This document shows, piece by piece, positions 7,145-13,156 of a DNA stretch of 20,000 nucleotides. The stretch lies in the IMG/VR virus record IMGVR_UViG_3300021135_000008. One strand, written 5' to 3'. Source of the stretch: an uncultured virus (IMG/VR IMGVR_UViG_3300021135_000008) (taxonomy: Duplodnaviria; Heunggongvirae; Uroviricota; Caudoviricetes). The notes under the pieces are model-generated. The model made no database searches and was not told where the DNA came from. It worked only from the letters and a program-made list of their open reading frames with translations. The position numbers were made by a program, and so were the translations under genes. The stretch's first letter is position 1, and the number at the start of each line of letters is the position of its first letter.

Positions 7145-7432
7145 ATGAAGAAGTTCTTATTGGTTACTACATTGGTGTCTACTCTGGTCACCTCTCAGGC
7201 CGCCCATGCAGGTGGTAACCCTTGGCCGTTCGTAGGTGGTCTGTTCGCAGGTGCCATCCTCAATGAGGCAATCAACCACCCTAGGTACGATCACTACCAG
7301 CGCTACAACAACTATCAGCGCTACGACTACCCGATGGACCAAGACGGTCCGGTCGTCATCTGCTTCAAGCGTCCGGTGTACGACGAGTCAGGTTATCAGG
7401 TAGGTTGGCGTCGAGTGTGTCAACAGAATTGA
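7145..7432 (+). CDS. Secreted/periplasmic protein with signal peptide
   Basis: MKKFLLVTTLVSTLVTSQAAHA signal with AxA site; GGLFAGAIL segment; paired C-terminal Cys. Confidence 0.8.
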   Translation: MKKFLLVTTLVSTLVTSQAAHAGGNPWPFVGGLFAGAILNEAINHPRYDHYQRYNNYQRYDYPMDQDGPVVICFKRPVYDESGYQVGWRRVCQQN

Positions 7433-7438
7433 GTTCAT

Positions 7439-7511
7439 TGCGGGGTAGTGGAAAAGTGCCACGCTAGCCTCATAAGCTAGAGAACTGGAGCGTCACCAGC
7501 GACCGCAACCA
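7439..7511 (+). tRNA. tRNA-Met(CAT), atypical T arm
   Basis: Anticodon arm CTAGC-CTCATAA-GCTAG; encoded CCA; T loop AGCGTCA. Confidence 0.75.
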
Positions 7512-7531
7512 AATTTACTGGAGACTTTGCT

Positions 7532-7939
7532 ATGAAGATCGGTTTCACCTGTAGTACGTTTGACCTGTTACATGCCGGACACGTGGCTATGCTGCGTGAG
7601 TGCAAGGAGAACAGTGACTGGCTGATCGTAGGTCTCCAGACAGATCCCACTATAGATCGACCCGACACGAAGAACAAGCCGGCACAAAGTGTGTACGAGC
7701 GGTTCGTTCAGCTTCATGGCTGTAAGTTTGTCGACGAGATCGTTCCCTACTCTACCGAGAAGGACTTGATGGACATGCTGGCCACCATCCCGATGAACGT
7801 CAGGTTCGTGGGTGAGGAGTACCGTCCGGTCGAGTTTACTGGTAAGCAGTACTGCCTCGACAACGGCATCGAGATCTTCTACAACCAGCGCAGGCACGGT
7901 TGGTCGACGACTGAGCTTCGCAAGCGAGCAAAGATATGA
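7532..7939 (+). CDS. Cytidylyltransferase family protein (TagD/glycerol-3-phosphate cytidylyltransferase-like)
   Basis: TFDLLHAGH (HxGH) motif, LIVGLQTD, C-terminal RxxxxSTT. Confidence 0.9.
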   Translation: MKIGFTCSTFDLLHAGHVAMLRECKENSDWLIVGLQTDPTIDRPDTKNKPAQSVYERFVQLHGCKFVDEIVPYSTEKDLMDMLATIPMNVRFVGEEYRPVEFTGKQYCLDNGIEIFYNQRRHGWSTTELRKRAKI

Positions 7940-8664
7940 TCAAGTATCGAGCCGTCTTCATCTCCGACGTACACCTCGGGACCAAGATGAGTCGACCCGA
8001 CTTACTTCTTCAGTTCTTGAAGACGTTCGAGTGTGACCAGCTCTACCTAGTCGGTGACATCATCGACGGCTGGGCACTCTCTCGGAACTTCTTCTGGCCA
8101 CAGGAGAACAACGACGTAGTACAGAAGATCTTGAGGCGCGCTAGGAAGAACACGCACATCACGTTCATTCCTGGGAACCACGACGAGTTCCTTCGGTCCT
8201 TCTGTGATAACCAGTTCGGCAACGTCTCTCTTCTTAAGAACGACGTGTACGTGTCTGGTACCGGTAAGAAGTACATAGTGATGCACGGCGACGAGTTCGA
8301 CGCGGTCATAACCAACGCCAAGTGGCTGAGTCACATGGGCAGCTGGGCATACGACCAGTCCATCGCTCTCAACGTCTTGCTGACTAGGATAAGGAACATC
8401 TTTGGCCTGCCGTACTGGTCTCTGTCGAAGTGGCTCAAGTACAAGGTCAAGGAAGCGGTCAACTTCATCGGCAGCTACGAGGAGAACCTATCATCATATG
8501 CGAAGGCTAAGTCTGCTGATGGGATCATATGTGGTCATATCCATCATCCAAATATTCGTAAGGTTGGTGAGATTGACTACATGAACTGCGGTGACTGGGT
8601 CGAGAGCTGCACGGCTCTGGTAGAACACATGGATGGTACTTGGGAGATCATCTACTGGAAATAA
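7936..8664 (+). CDS. Metallophosphoesterase, UDP-2,3-diacylglucosamine diphosphatase (LpxH/YbbF)-like
   Basis: ISDVHLG, LVGDIIDGW, PGNHD, MHGD, CGHIH, NCGDWVE motifs. Confidence 0.9.
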   Translation: MIKYRAVFISDVHLGTKMSRPDLLLQFLKTFECDQLYLVGDIIDGWALSRNFFWPQENNDVVQKILRRARKNTHITFIPGNHDEFLRSFCDNQFGNVSLLKNDVYVSGTGKKYIVMHGDEFDAVITNAKWLSHMGSWAYDQSIALNVLLTRIRNIFGLPYWSLSKWLKYKVKEAVNFIGSYEENLSSYAKAKSADGIICGHIHHPNIRKVGEIDYMNCGDWVESCTALVEHMDGTWEIIYWK

Positions 8665-8674
8665 ATAACAACAC

Positions 8675-8758
8675 GGAGGTATGCGAGCAAGGTGCTCAAA
8701 GAGTCTTGAAAACTCTGCCACCGCAAGGTTGATGGTTCGATTCCTTGTACCTCCGCCA
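8675..8758 (+). tRNA. tRNA-Ser(TGA)
   Basis: AGAGT-CTTGAAA-ACTCT, long variable arm, GCCA end. Confidence 0.9.
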
Positions 8759-8764
8759 ATTCAC

Positions 8765-8791
8765 GGTCACGTAGCTCAGCTGTATAGAGCA
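8765..8791 (+). repeat. 27-bp direct repeat of the tRNA-Arg(CCT) 5' end
   Basis: GGTCACGTAGCTCAGCTGTATAGAGCA identical to 9156-9182. Confidence 0.95.
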
Positions 8792-8795
8792 TAGG

Positions 8796-8803
8796 TATAA
8801 ATA
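8796..8803 (+). promoter_or_regulatory. T4-type late promoter of HNH gene
   Basis: Exact TATAAATA. Confidence 0.8.
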
Positions 8804-8830
8804 AACCGATGCTACTGCATAGGAGTTAAT

Positions 8831-9178
8831 ATGCCGAATCAATTTACAAAAGCTAAACACCTTGGGCTTCCTCAACCAAAAGTATATCATTCTAAATCTT
8901 TAGAAGAAGTATTCAAGAAAGATTCTACTTATCTTCCACAAAAACTAAGATCTAGGTTTCTAAAAGAGAATTTAGTTCCGTATGAATGTACAGAATGTGG
9001 TAACACTGGTGAATGGAATAACAAGCCTTTAGTTTTACAGTTAGATCATATTAACGGAGTAAATACGGATAATAGGATTGAAAATCTTAGATGGCTTTGT
9101 CCGTCTTGCCATACACAACAACCAACGTATGGTAAAAAGAACTACACATATCAGAGGTCACGTAGCTCAGCTGTATAG
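8831..9178 (+). CDS. HNH endonuclease (free-standing homing type)
   Basis: CxxC...LQLDHINGVNTDNRIENLRWLCPSCH; AT-rich; SD AGGAG. Confidence 0.92.
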   Translation: MPNQFTKAKHLGLPQPKVYHSKSLEEVFKKDSTYLPQKLRSRFLKENLVPYECTECGNTGEWNNKPLVLQLDHINGVNTDNRIENLRWLCPSCHTQQPTYGKKNYTYQRSRSSAV

Positions 9179-9232
9179 AGCACGAATTTCCTAAATTCGG
9201 GGTCGCAGGTTAGAGTCCTGCCGTGATCACCA
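9156..9232 (+). tRNA. tRNA-Arg(CCT)
   Basis: CGAAT-TTCCTAA-ATTCG; full cloverleaf; CCA. Confidence 0.9.
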
Positions 9233-9237
9233 ACGAC

Positions 9238-9312
9238 GGTCCGATGGCGCAGCGGTAGCGCAGCTCCTTTACACGGAGAAGGTCGGGGGTTCGATCCCCT
9301 CTCGGACTACCA
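9238..9312 (+). tRNA. tRNA-Val(TAC)
   Basis: CTCC-TTTACAC-GGAG; TTCGATC T loop; CCA. Confidence 0.93.
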
Positions 9313-9329
9313 ACAACTGAGGATATAAG

Positions 9330-9494
9330 ATGAAGCTTATCGAATACAAAGACAAGTTCGTTACTGAGCCGTTCTGGCTCTGGGTAAACGACAAGGACAA
9401 GGCACTCTCTCCCTCTTTCTCTTCTCAGAAGAAGGCCGAGAAGTGGATGGACCGCATCCTCCTCGAGATCAGGAAGAAGGTCAAGAGGGGTTGA
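9330..9494 (+). CDS. Small hypothetical protein (54 aa)
   Basis: Hand translation MKLIEYKDKFVTEPFWLWVNDKDKALSPSFSSQKKAEKWMDRILLEIRKKVKRG; SD GAGGA. Confidence 0.75.
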   Translation: MKLIEYKDKFVTEPFWLWVNDKDKALSPSFSSQKKAEKWMDRILLEIRKKVKRG

Positions 9495-9519
9495 CAAATA
9501 ATCCAACCTGTGGTATGAT
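9491..9519 (+). promoter_or_regulatory. sigma70-type promoter P15
   Basis: TTGACA-17-TATGAT. Confidence 0.85.
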
Positions 9520-9541
9520 ATATCATAATGAGGATTTAGCC

Positions 9542-9946
9542 ATGTCAATGCACCTAGCACCAGTCTACTTCACGACCACCGGCTCGACCAAGCGCAAGCC
9601 GTCCAAGAGCAAGAAGCTCGCTGAGTCTACCGCCAAGCATGAGCAGTGGCTGCGCGACCGCGGCCTGCATCCCGAGCAGCGTAACCTGCAGCGAGCATTC
9701 AAGGGCAAGCACAGTATCGCCCTGCCTGACCTGCGAGTCGAGACCAAGTACGAGCTGTCCAACGGCATCGGCAACGGCTTCAAGCGCGGCATCATGGAGA
9801 ACCTACACAAGGAGTCGCCTGAGGTTCAGAAGGCTATCCTTGAGAAGGCTCAGCGTACCACGGTAGCCTATAACAAGGGACCTATACAATATTTTAGTCC
9901 CGAGTCAGACAAGACGAGCCTCGGCTCGGGATCGCGGAGGGGATGA
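9542..9946 (+). CDS. Basic phage hypothetical protein
   Basis: Start MSMHLAP after SD GAGGA; C-terminal AYNKGxxQY motif. Confidence 0.8.
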   Translation: MSMHLAPVYFTTTGSTKRKPSKSKKLAESTAKHEQWLRDRGLHPEQRNLQRAFKGKHSIALPDLRVETKYELSNGIGNGFKRGIMENLHKESPEVQKAILEKAQRTTVAYNKGPIQYFSPESDKTSLGSGSRRG

Positions 9947-10122
9947 TGGACTACGTCGACATTCAAGCGTGTGACCCTACGGGCATCTGGCGTACGTACA
10001 GCAACACCCCAGCTGGTAACTCACAGCGTATCCGTCAGCTCATGCAGGAGCTCAAGGGCTCTAAGAACTGGCAGGTGCGTGCAGTGGATAAAAAAGGAAA
10101 TATCGTCGACTTTTTATGTTGA
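9946..10122 (+). CDS. Small hypothetical protein (58 aa)
   Basis: Hand translation MDYVDIQACDPTGIWRTYS...VRAVDKKGNIVDFLC; overlaps the upstream stop; SD GGAGG. Confidence 0.75.
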   Translation: MDYVDIQACDPTGIWRTYSNTPAGNSQRIRQLMQELKGSKNWQVRAVDKKGNIVDFLC

Positions 10123-10127
10123 TGCTG

Positions 10128-10135
10128 TATAAATA
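10128..10135 (+). promoter_or_regulatory. T4-type late promoter of the tRNA-array leader
   Basis: Exact TATAAATA, 5 nt before an ATG. Confidence 0.85.
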
Positions 10136-10140
10136 AAACT

Positions 10141-10248
10141 ATGAACAAGACAGTTAAACATCCTCTTCCCTATAATATGCCGAGCGCGTTCTGCGTCATT
10201 GCCCAGACATGGGATAATGGTCGCGAACCAACGCGAGGGCGATCTTGA
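10141..10248 (+). CDS. Putative attenuator leader peptide (35 aa, contains all 20 amino acids)
   Basis: MNKTVKHPLPYNMPSAFCVIAQTWDNGREPTRGRS; stop region is complementary to the terminator 5' arm. Confidence 0.7.
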   Translation: MNKTVKHPLPYNMPSAFCVIAQTWDNGREPTRGRS

Positions 10249-10273
10249 ATATCTGACTCAGAAGAGTAAGTTC

Positions 10274-10316
10274 AAGGGGCGCCCACAGTAAAGAGTGAGG
10301 CGCCCCTTCTCTTTTT
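10274..10316 (+). terminator. Intrinsic terminator (attenuator)
   Basis: AAGGGGCGCC-CAC/loop/GTG-A-GGCGCCCCTT then CTCTTTTT. Confidence 0.85.
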
Positions 10317-10318
10317 AG

Positions 10319-10347
10319 TTGACAAATAACTCAGACTATGGTACTAT
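10319..10347 (+). promoter_or_regulatory. sigma70-type promoter P16 for the tRNA array
   Basis: TTGACA-17-TACTAT. Confidence 0.85.
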
Positions 10348-10400
10348 CTTAATATAATCTGAGTGGCTGATTGACATTGTTAAACGAAAGACAACTTCGG

Positions 10401-10493
10401 TTGTCTCTCCATGGATACACCAGTGGCCGTCCGTGTCTTAAAGTACGGCGTAATCACGTGTGACACCAATCTGGTGTATCCTTGTAGAGACAA
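10401..10493 (+). ncRNA. Structured RNA unit 1, closed by a 23-bp stem
   Basis: 10401-10423 pairs with 10471-10493, two mismatches. Confidence 0.65.
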
Positions 10494-10496
10494 TTG

Positions 10497-10654
10497 TTGT
10501 CTCTCCACAGATACTACACGGGGTACCGTGCATGGACGCATGCACTATGGATGATAGGGCCATCTTGCCATCCTGAGACAACCCGATCAATGGCTAAGGA
10601 AGGGAAGCACCCGACTCCGAAATTCGATTCTATGTAGTATCTTTGCAGAGACAA
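10497..10654 (+). ncRNA. Structured RNA unit 2, closed by a 22-bp stem homologous to unit 1
   Basis: 10497-10518 pairs with 10633-10654; internal GTGCATG-GACG-CATGCAC hairpin, GGATG/CATCC stem. Confidence 0.65.
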
Positions 10655-10655
10655 T

Positions 10656-10838
10656 GGAATTTGGACGGTACTGGCCAGCGCGCTGGTATCTGTGTCCTCT
10701 GGCAGGGACACGAACGAGGGATGCCAGTCCCACTAGTAGCCAAACAACTAATCGTGGCAGCGTGGCACTGCCGGTGAAGCACCTACGGAGATGGTAGGAA
10801 TGCGGTTGATCATCGATCATCAAACAGAACAAATGCCA
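10656..10838 (+). ncRNA. Multibranched structured RNA ending in CCA
   Basis: GGAATTTG/CAAATGCC closure; CTGGTATC/GATGCCAG, GTGTCC/GGACAC, GGCAG/CTGCC, CCTAC/GTAGG, TTGAT/ATCAA. Confidence 0.55.
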
Positions 10839-10846
10839 ACTAATTC

Positions 10847-10922
10847 GATCACTTAGCTCATTAGGTAGAGCAGCGGTCTTTTAAGCCGTAGGTGCTGGGT
10901 TCGAGTCCCAGAGTGATCACCA
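10847..10922 (+). tRNA. tRNA-Lys(TTT)
   Basis: Cloverleaf; loop CTTTTAA; CCA. Confidence 0.93.
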
Positions 10923-10931
10923 ATAGATAAC

Positions 10932-11006
10932 GCATCCTTAGCTTAGCGGTAGAGCGCTACGTTGACATCGTAGAGGTCGTAGGTTCAATCCCTGCAGGAT
11001 GCACCA
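10932..11006 (+). tRNA. tRNA-Val(GAC)
   Basis: CTACG-TTGACAT-CGTAG; CCA. Confidence 0.93.
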
Positions 11007-11011
11007 AGTTT

Positions 11012-11116
11012 GTATGAGACGATTCGAGTACTCGACTGCCAATTCGTTGAACCCAGAATCGAAAGGTGGAAAAGACTCTGGTCTACTATCCTCGTCGTGC
11101 CACCTTAACATCATAC
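11012..11116 (+). ncRNA. Structured inter-tRNA RNA
   Basis: GTATGA/TCATAC closure; CGATTC/GAATCG and AAGGTGG/CCACCTT arms. Confidence 0.5.
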
Positions 11117-11134
11117 GATGATATTTATGAATAA

Positions 11135-11211
11135 GCGGCGTTCTTCTAATGGAATAGGAATCCTCCCTTTCAAGGAGTTCAATATCGGTTCGAGTCCGAT
11201 ACGCCGCGCCA
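11135..11211 (+). tRNA. tRNA-Glu(TTC)
   Basis: CTCC-CTTTCAA-GGAG; acceptor GCGGCGT/ACGCCGC; CCA. Confidence 0.9.
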
Positions 11212-11217
11212 GTATAA

Positions 11218-11292
11218 CAGGGTGTAGCTCAATGGTAGAGTGCTGTGTTTGGAACGCAGATGCTGGAGGTTCGAGTCCTCTCACCCTGACCA
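11218..11292 (+). tRNA. tRNA-Pro(TGG)
   Basis: CTGTG-TTTGGAA-CGCAG; CCA. Confidence 0.93.
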
Positions 11293-11298
11293 ATACCC

Positions 11299-11374
11299 GC
11301 TCCCATCATCTAGCGGCTTAGGATACCCGCCTCTCACGCGGATCACACCGGTTCGAATCCGGTTGGGAGCACCA
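11299..11374 (+). tRNA. tRNA-Glu(CTC)
   Basis: CCGC-CTCTCAC-GCGG; CCA. Confidence 0.92.
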
Positions 11375-11384
11375 ATCTTTCTAG

Positions 11385-11413
11385 TTGACAAATAATCTAA
11401 ACTATGGTAGTAT
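11385..11413 (+). promoter_or_regulatory. sigma70-type promoter P17
   Basis: TTGACA-17-TAGTAT. Confidence 0.8.
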
Positions 11414-11447
11414 TAGATAGTGGGAAGAGCCCACGGATTAAATCGTA

Positions 11448-11705
11448 ATGGAGAACATGGTAATGACGACTTCTGCAACACAGCGCGTACTCGAAGCATT
11501 CAAGTCCGGTGAAGAGCTTACATCGAAGCAGATCGCTTCTCGCTTCAAGGTAGCCAACCCGACTGCGACTGTCTCGACACTTCGTATGCAGGGTTATCCG
11601 ATCTATCTCAACAAGTCAGGCAAGACGTCACGCTATCGTCTCGGCTCGGCTTCACGTAAGGTCATCGCAGCCGGCTACAAGGCACTAGCTGCTGGTCTCG
11701 TCTGA
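11448..11705 (+). CDS. Winged helix-turn-helix DNA-binding protein
   Basis: VLEAFKSGEELTSKQIASRFKVANPTATVSTLRMQGYPIY...YRLG; true start may be 11457 or 11463 (SD GGAG). Confidence 0.85.
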   Translation: MENMVMTTSATQRVLEAFKSGEELTSKQIASRFKVANPTATVSTLRMQGYPIYLNKSGKTSRYRLGSASRKVIAAGYKALAAGLV

Positions 11706-11735
11706 GCTACTCAGAGGGGATCATAAATAAGCTAT

Positions 11736-11812
11736 GGTCCCCTAGCTCAGTTGGTTAGAGCGTCTGACTCTTAATCAGAATGTCCTTGGTTCGATTCCAA
11801 GGGGGATCACCA
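11736..11812 (+). tRNA. tRNA-Lys(CTT)
   Basis: TCTGA-CTCTTAA-TCAGA; CCA; preceded by CATAAATA late-promoter variant at 11722. Confidence 0.95.
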
Positions 11813-11814
11813 AT

Positions 11815-11926
11815 ACAGCGGACTCATCGGCGCTCCATGTGCTGCTTCCGCTTCCGCGACCGACGAAATGTGAGATGGGCTGTCGGTTCGGGGTTTGAGG
11901 GTCATCCTGACACAACAAAACCCTCA
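11815..11926 (+). ncRNA. Structured inter-tRNA RNA
   Basis: Nested stems ACAGC/GCTGT, CTCA/TGAG, TCGG/CCGA, then TGAGGGT/ACCCTCA. Confidence 0.45.
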
Positions 11927-11935
11927 CTAGTTTAT

Positions 11936-12010
11936 TCCGCGATAGCTCAACGGTAGAGCTCTCGACTGTTAATCGAACGGTTCCTGGTTCGAATCCAGGT
12001 CGCGGAGCCA
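11936..12010 (+). tRNA. tRNA-Asn(GTT)
   Basis: TCGA-CTGTTAA-TCGA; GCCA end. Confidence 0.95.
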
Positions 12011-12012
12011 AA

Positions 12013-12106
12013 CACGATCTAGGTACCTTTAGCCCACCCAGTGTCGACCATGTTGGTGGTGCCCGTCGCAATCCTAGACGTATACGGTAGCCAAGACGTG
12101 AGGCTC
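12013..12106 (+). ncRNA. Structured inter-tRNA RNA
   Basis: TCTAGG/CCTAGA enclosing CCACC/GGTGG; AGCC/GGCT hairpin. Confidence 0.4.
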
Positions 12107-12117
12107 ATCTTATTCGA

Positions 12118-12191
12118 GGCAGTGTGCAGGAATGGCTACTGCGAGGTCTGCAAAACCTTCTATCCGAGTTTGATTCTCGGTCAAGCCTCCA
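12118..12191 (+). tRNA. tRNA-Cys(GCA), weakly paired acceptor stem
   Basis: GAGGT-CTGCAAA-ACCTT; U73-CCA; only GGC/GCC pairs well in the acceptor stem. Confidence 0.75.
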
Positions 12192-12197
12192 ACTAAT

Positions 12198-12299
12198 CGC
12201 TTGAACATTCGAGACAGGGACCTCTGAAGTCCTACCTAGCTAGTAACGGAGTTAGCTACCGTGAAGACATGAGGTTAGACGAATGTTTCGGCGGCGCCA
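12198..12299 (+). ncRNA. Structured RNA with long closing stem, ending in CCA
   Basis: CGCTTGAACATTCG/CGAATGTTTCGGCG; GGAC/GTCC and TAGCTA/TAGCTA hairpins; loop ACGG can pair with adjacent CCGT. Confidence 0.55.
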
Positions 12300-12303
12300 A
12301 TAC

Positions 12304-12378
12304 GGCCCGTGAATCAGCTGGTGTAGATACTCGTCTGTCTAACGAGGTAGAGGGGTTCAAAACCCCTACGGGTCGCCA
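12304..12378 (+). tRNA. tRNA-Asp(GTC)
   Basis: CTCGT-CTGTCTA-ACGAG; GCCA. Confidence 0.9.
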
Positions 12379-12385
12379 ATACAAT

Positions 12386-12478
12386 GGGTGAGTTGATGCT
12401 ACGGCGTGTGCATCCCCGGACTGTAAATCCGGTCCTTATAGGTAAACACTGTTGGTTCGAATCCAACCTCACCCACCA
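12386..12478 (+). tRNA. tRNA-Tyr(GTA)
   Basis: CCGGA-CTGTAAA-TCCGG; long variable arm; ACCA. Confidence 0.9.
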
Positions 12479-12489
12479 TAAATATCGAC

Positions 12490-12615
12490 ATGGCAAAGAA
12501 GTTATCAGAGAACAAGAACCACAAGCTAGTCCAGTACAAGAATGGACAGGTCGCGTCTTACAACAAGATCGCCGGCAAGTGGAAGGCTGCTAACAAGCCA
12601 TCTCGTAAGAAGTAA
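12490..12615 (+). CDS. Small highly basic peptide (41 aa), leaderless late gene
   Basis: MAKKLSENKNHKLVQYKNGQVASYNKIAGKWKAANKPSRKK; CATAAATA 5 nt upstream; fills the gap between two tRNAs. Confidence 0.65.
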   Translation: MAKKLSENKNHKLVQYKNGQVASYNKIAGKWKAANKPSRKK

Positions 12616-12690
12616 GCCGGATTAGCTCAGTGGTAGAGCAACCGCCTTGTAAGCGGTAGGTCGTCAGTTCAATCCCGACATCCGGCACCA
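12616..12690 (+). tRNA. tRNA-Thr(TGT)
   Basis: ACCGC-CTTGTAA-GCGGT; CCA. Confidence 0.95.
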
Positions 12691-12691
12691 G

Positions 12692-12786
12692 AATGTAGTG
12701 AAAGGGTGGCGTCCACCGTTCAGACCTCTATGCCCTATGCTGGCCAGCATCTATCGGGAGTGATTAGAGAAAAGAGCCGCTACATT
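12692..12786 (+). ncRNA. Structured inter-tRNA RNA
   Basis: AATGTAGTG/CGCTACATT closure; GGTGG/CCACC, CTCTA/TAGAG, ATGCTG/CAGCAT. Confidence 0.5.
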
Positions 12787-12788
12787 GA

Positions 12789-12857
12789 GTCGCTGTCAGT
12801 ACTGTGGGAAGTGCAGATGGTCAACACTAGGACACCGTTCGAATCGGACCAGCGACA
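12789..12857 (+). pseudogene. tRNA-like element with degenerate anticodon arm
   Basis: Acceptor GTCGCTG/CAGCGAC, D-like stem, CCG-TTCGAAT-CGG; no 7-nt anticodon loop, no CCA. Confidence 0.55.
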
Positions 12858-12861
12858 ATCT

Positions 12862-12924
12862 CGGGAGAGCTGTTTGGAAACACTCAGCAATATCTTGAAG
12901 GTTCAAATCCTTCTCTCCCGCCCA
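12862..12924 (+). pseudogene. Truncated tRNA-like element (Pro-like, one arm missing)
   Basis: Acceptor CGGGAGA/TCTCCCG, T arm GAAGG-TTCAAAT-CCTTC, CCA; 63 nt; contains TTTGGAA. Confidence 0.6.
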
Positions 12925-12930
12925 GTTCAT

Positions 12931-13004
12931 TGTCCTATAGCTCAATGGGAGAGCACGCGACTGATAATCGCGAGACCTTGGATCGTAACCAAGTAGGACA
13001 ACCA
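12931..13004 (+). tRNA. tRNA-Ile(GAT)
   Basis: CGCGA-CTGATAA-TCGCG; T loop ATCGTAA; CCA. Confidence 0.88.
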
Positions 13005-13005
13005 T

Positions 13006-13075
13006 GACGCGAAAGCTCACGTGAGCACCGCACTGATAAGGCGGAGGAATGGTTAAATTCCATTTAGCGTCGCCA
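13006..13075 (+). tRNA. tRNA-Ile(GAT), atypical second copy
   Basis: CCGC-A-CTGATAA-G-GCGG; 4-nt D loop; T loop TTAAATT; G73. Confidence 0.65.
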
Positions 13076-13151
13076 TGCTGTCTAAGTGTTAAAGGTTGCA
13101 CACGAGTTTGTGGCACTCGTAGAACTGGATCGATACCAGTAGACAGTACCA
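13076..13151 (+). tRNA. tRNA-His(GTG)
   Basis: CGAGT-TTGTGGC-ACTCG; T loop ATCGATA; ACCA. Confidence 0.85.
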
Positions 13152-13156
13152 ACAAC

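Noticed and set aside
8792..9155. Group I intron in tRNA-Arg
   Set aside because: No room for an intron core around the HNH ORF, and the downstream tRNA copy is already complete.
10389..10654. CRISPR-like repeat-spacer array from AGACAA/TTGTCTCT repeats
   Set aside because: Only 2-3 short copies with unequal spacing and no cas genes; better explained as closing stems of RNAs.
10656..10838. tmRNA, RNase P RNA, 6S or SRP RNA
   Set aside because: No tag frame ending in Ala-Ala-stop, no T loop, no GAGGAAAGTCC or SRP domain IV motif visible.
10961..10968. TTGACA as a promoter
   Set aside because: It is the anticodon loop of tRNA-Val(GAC).
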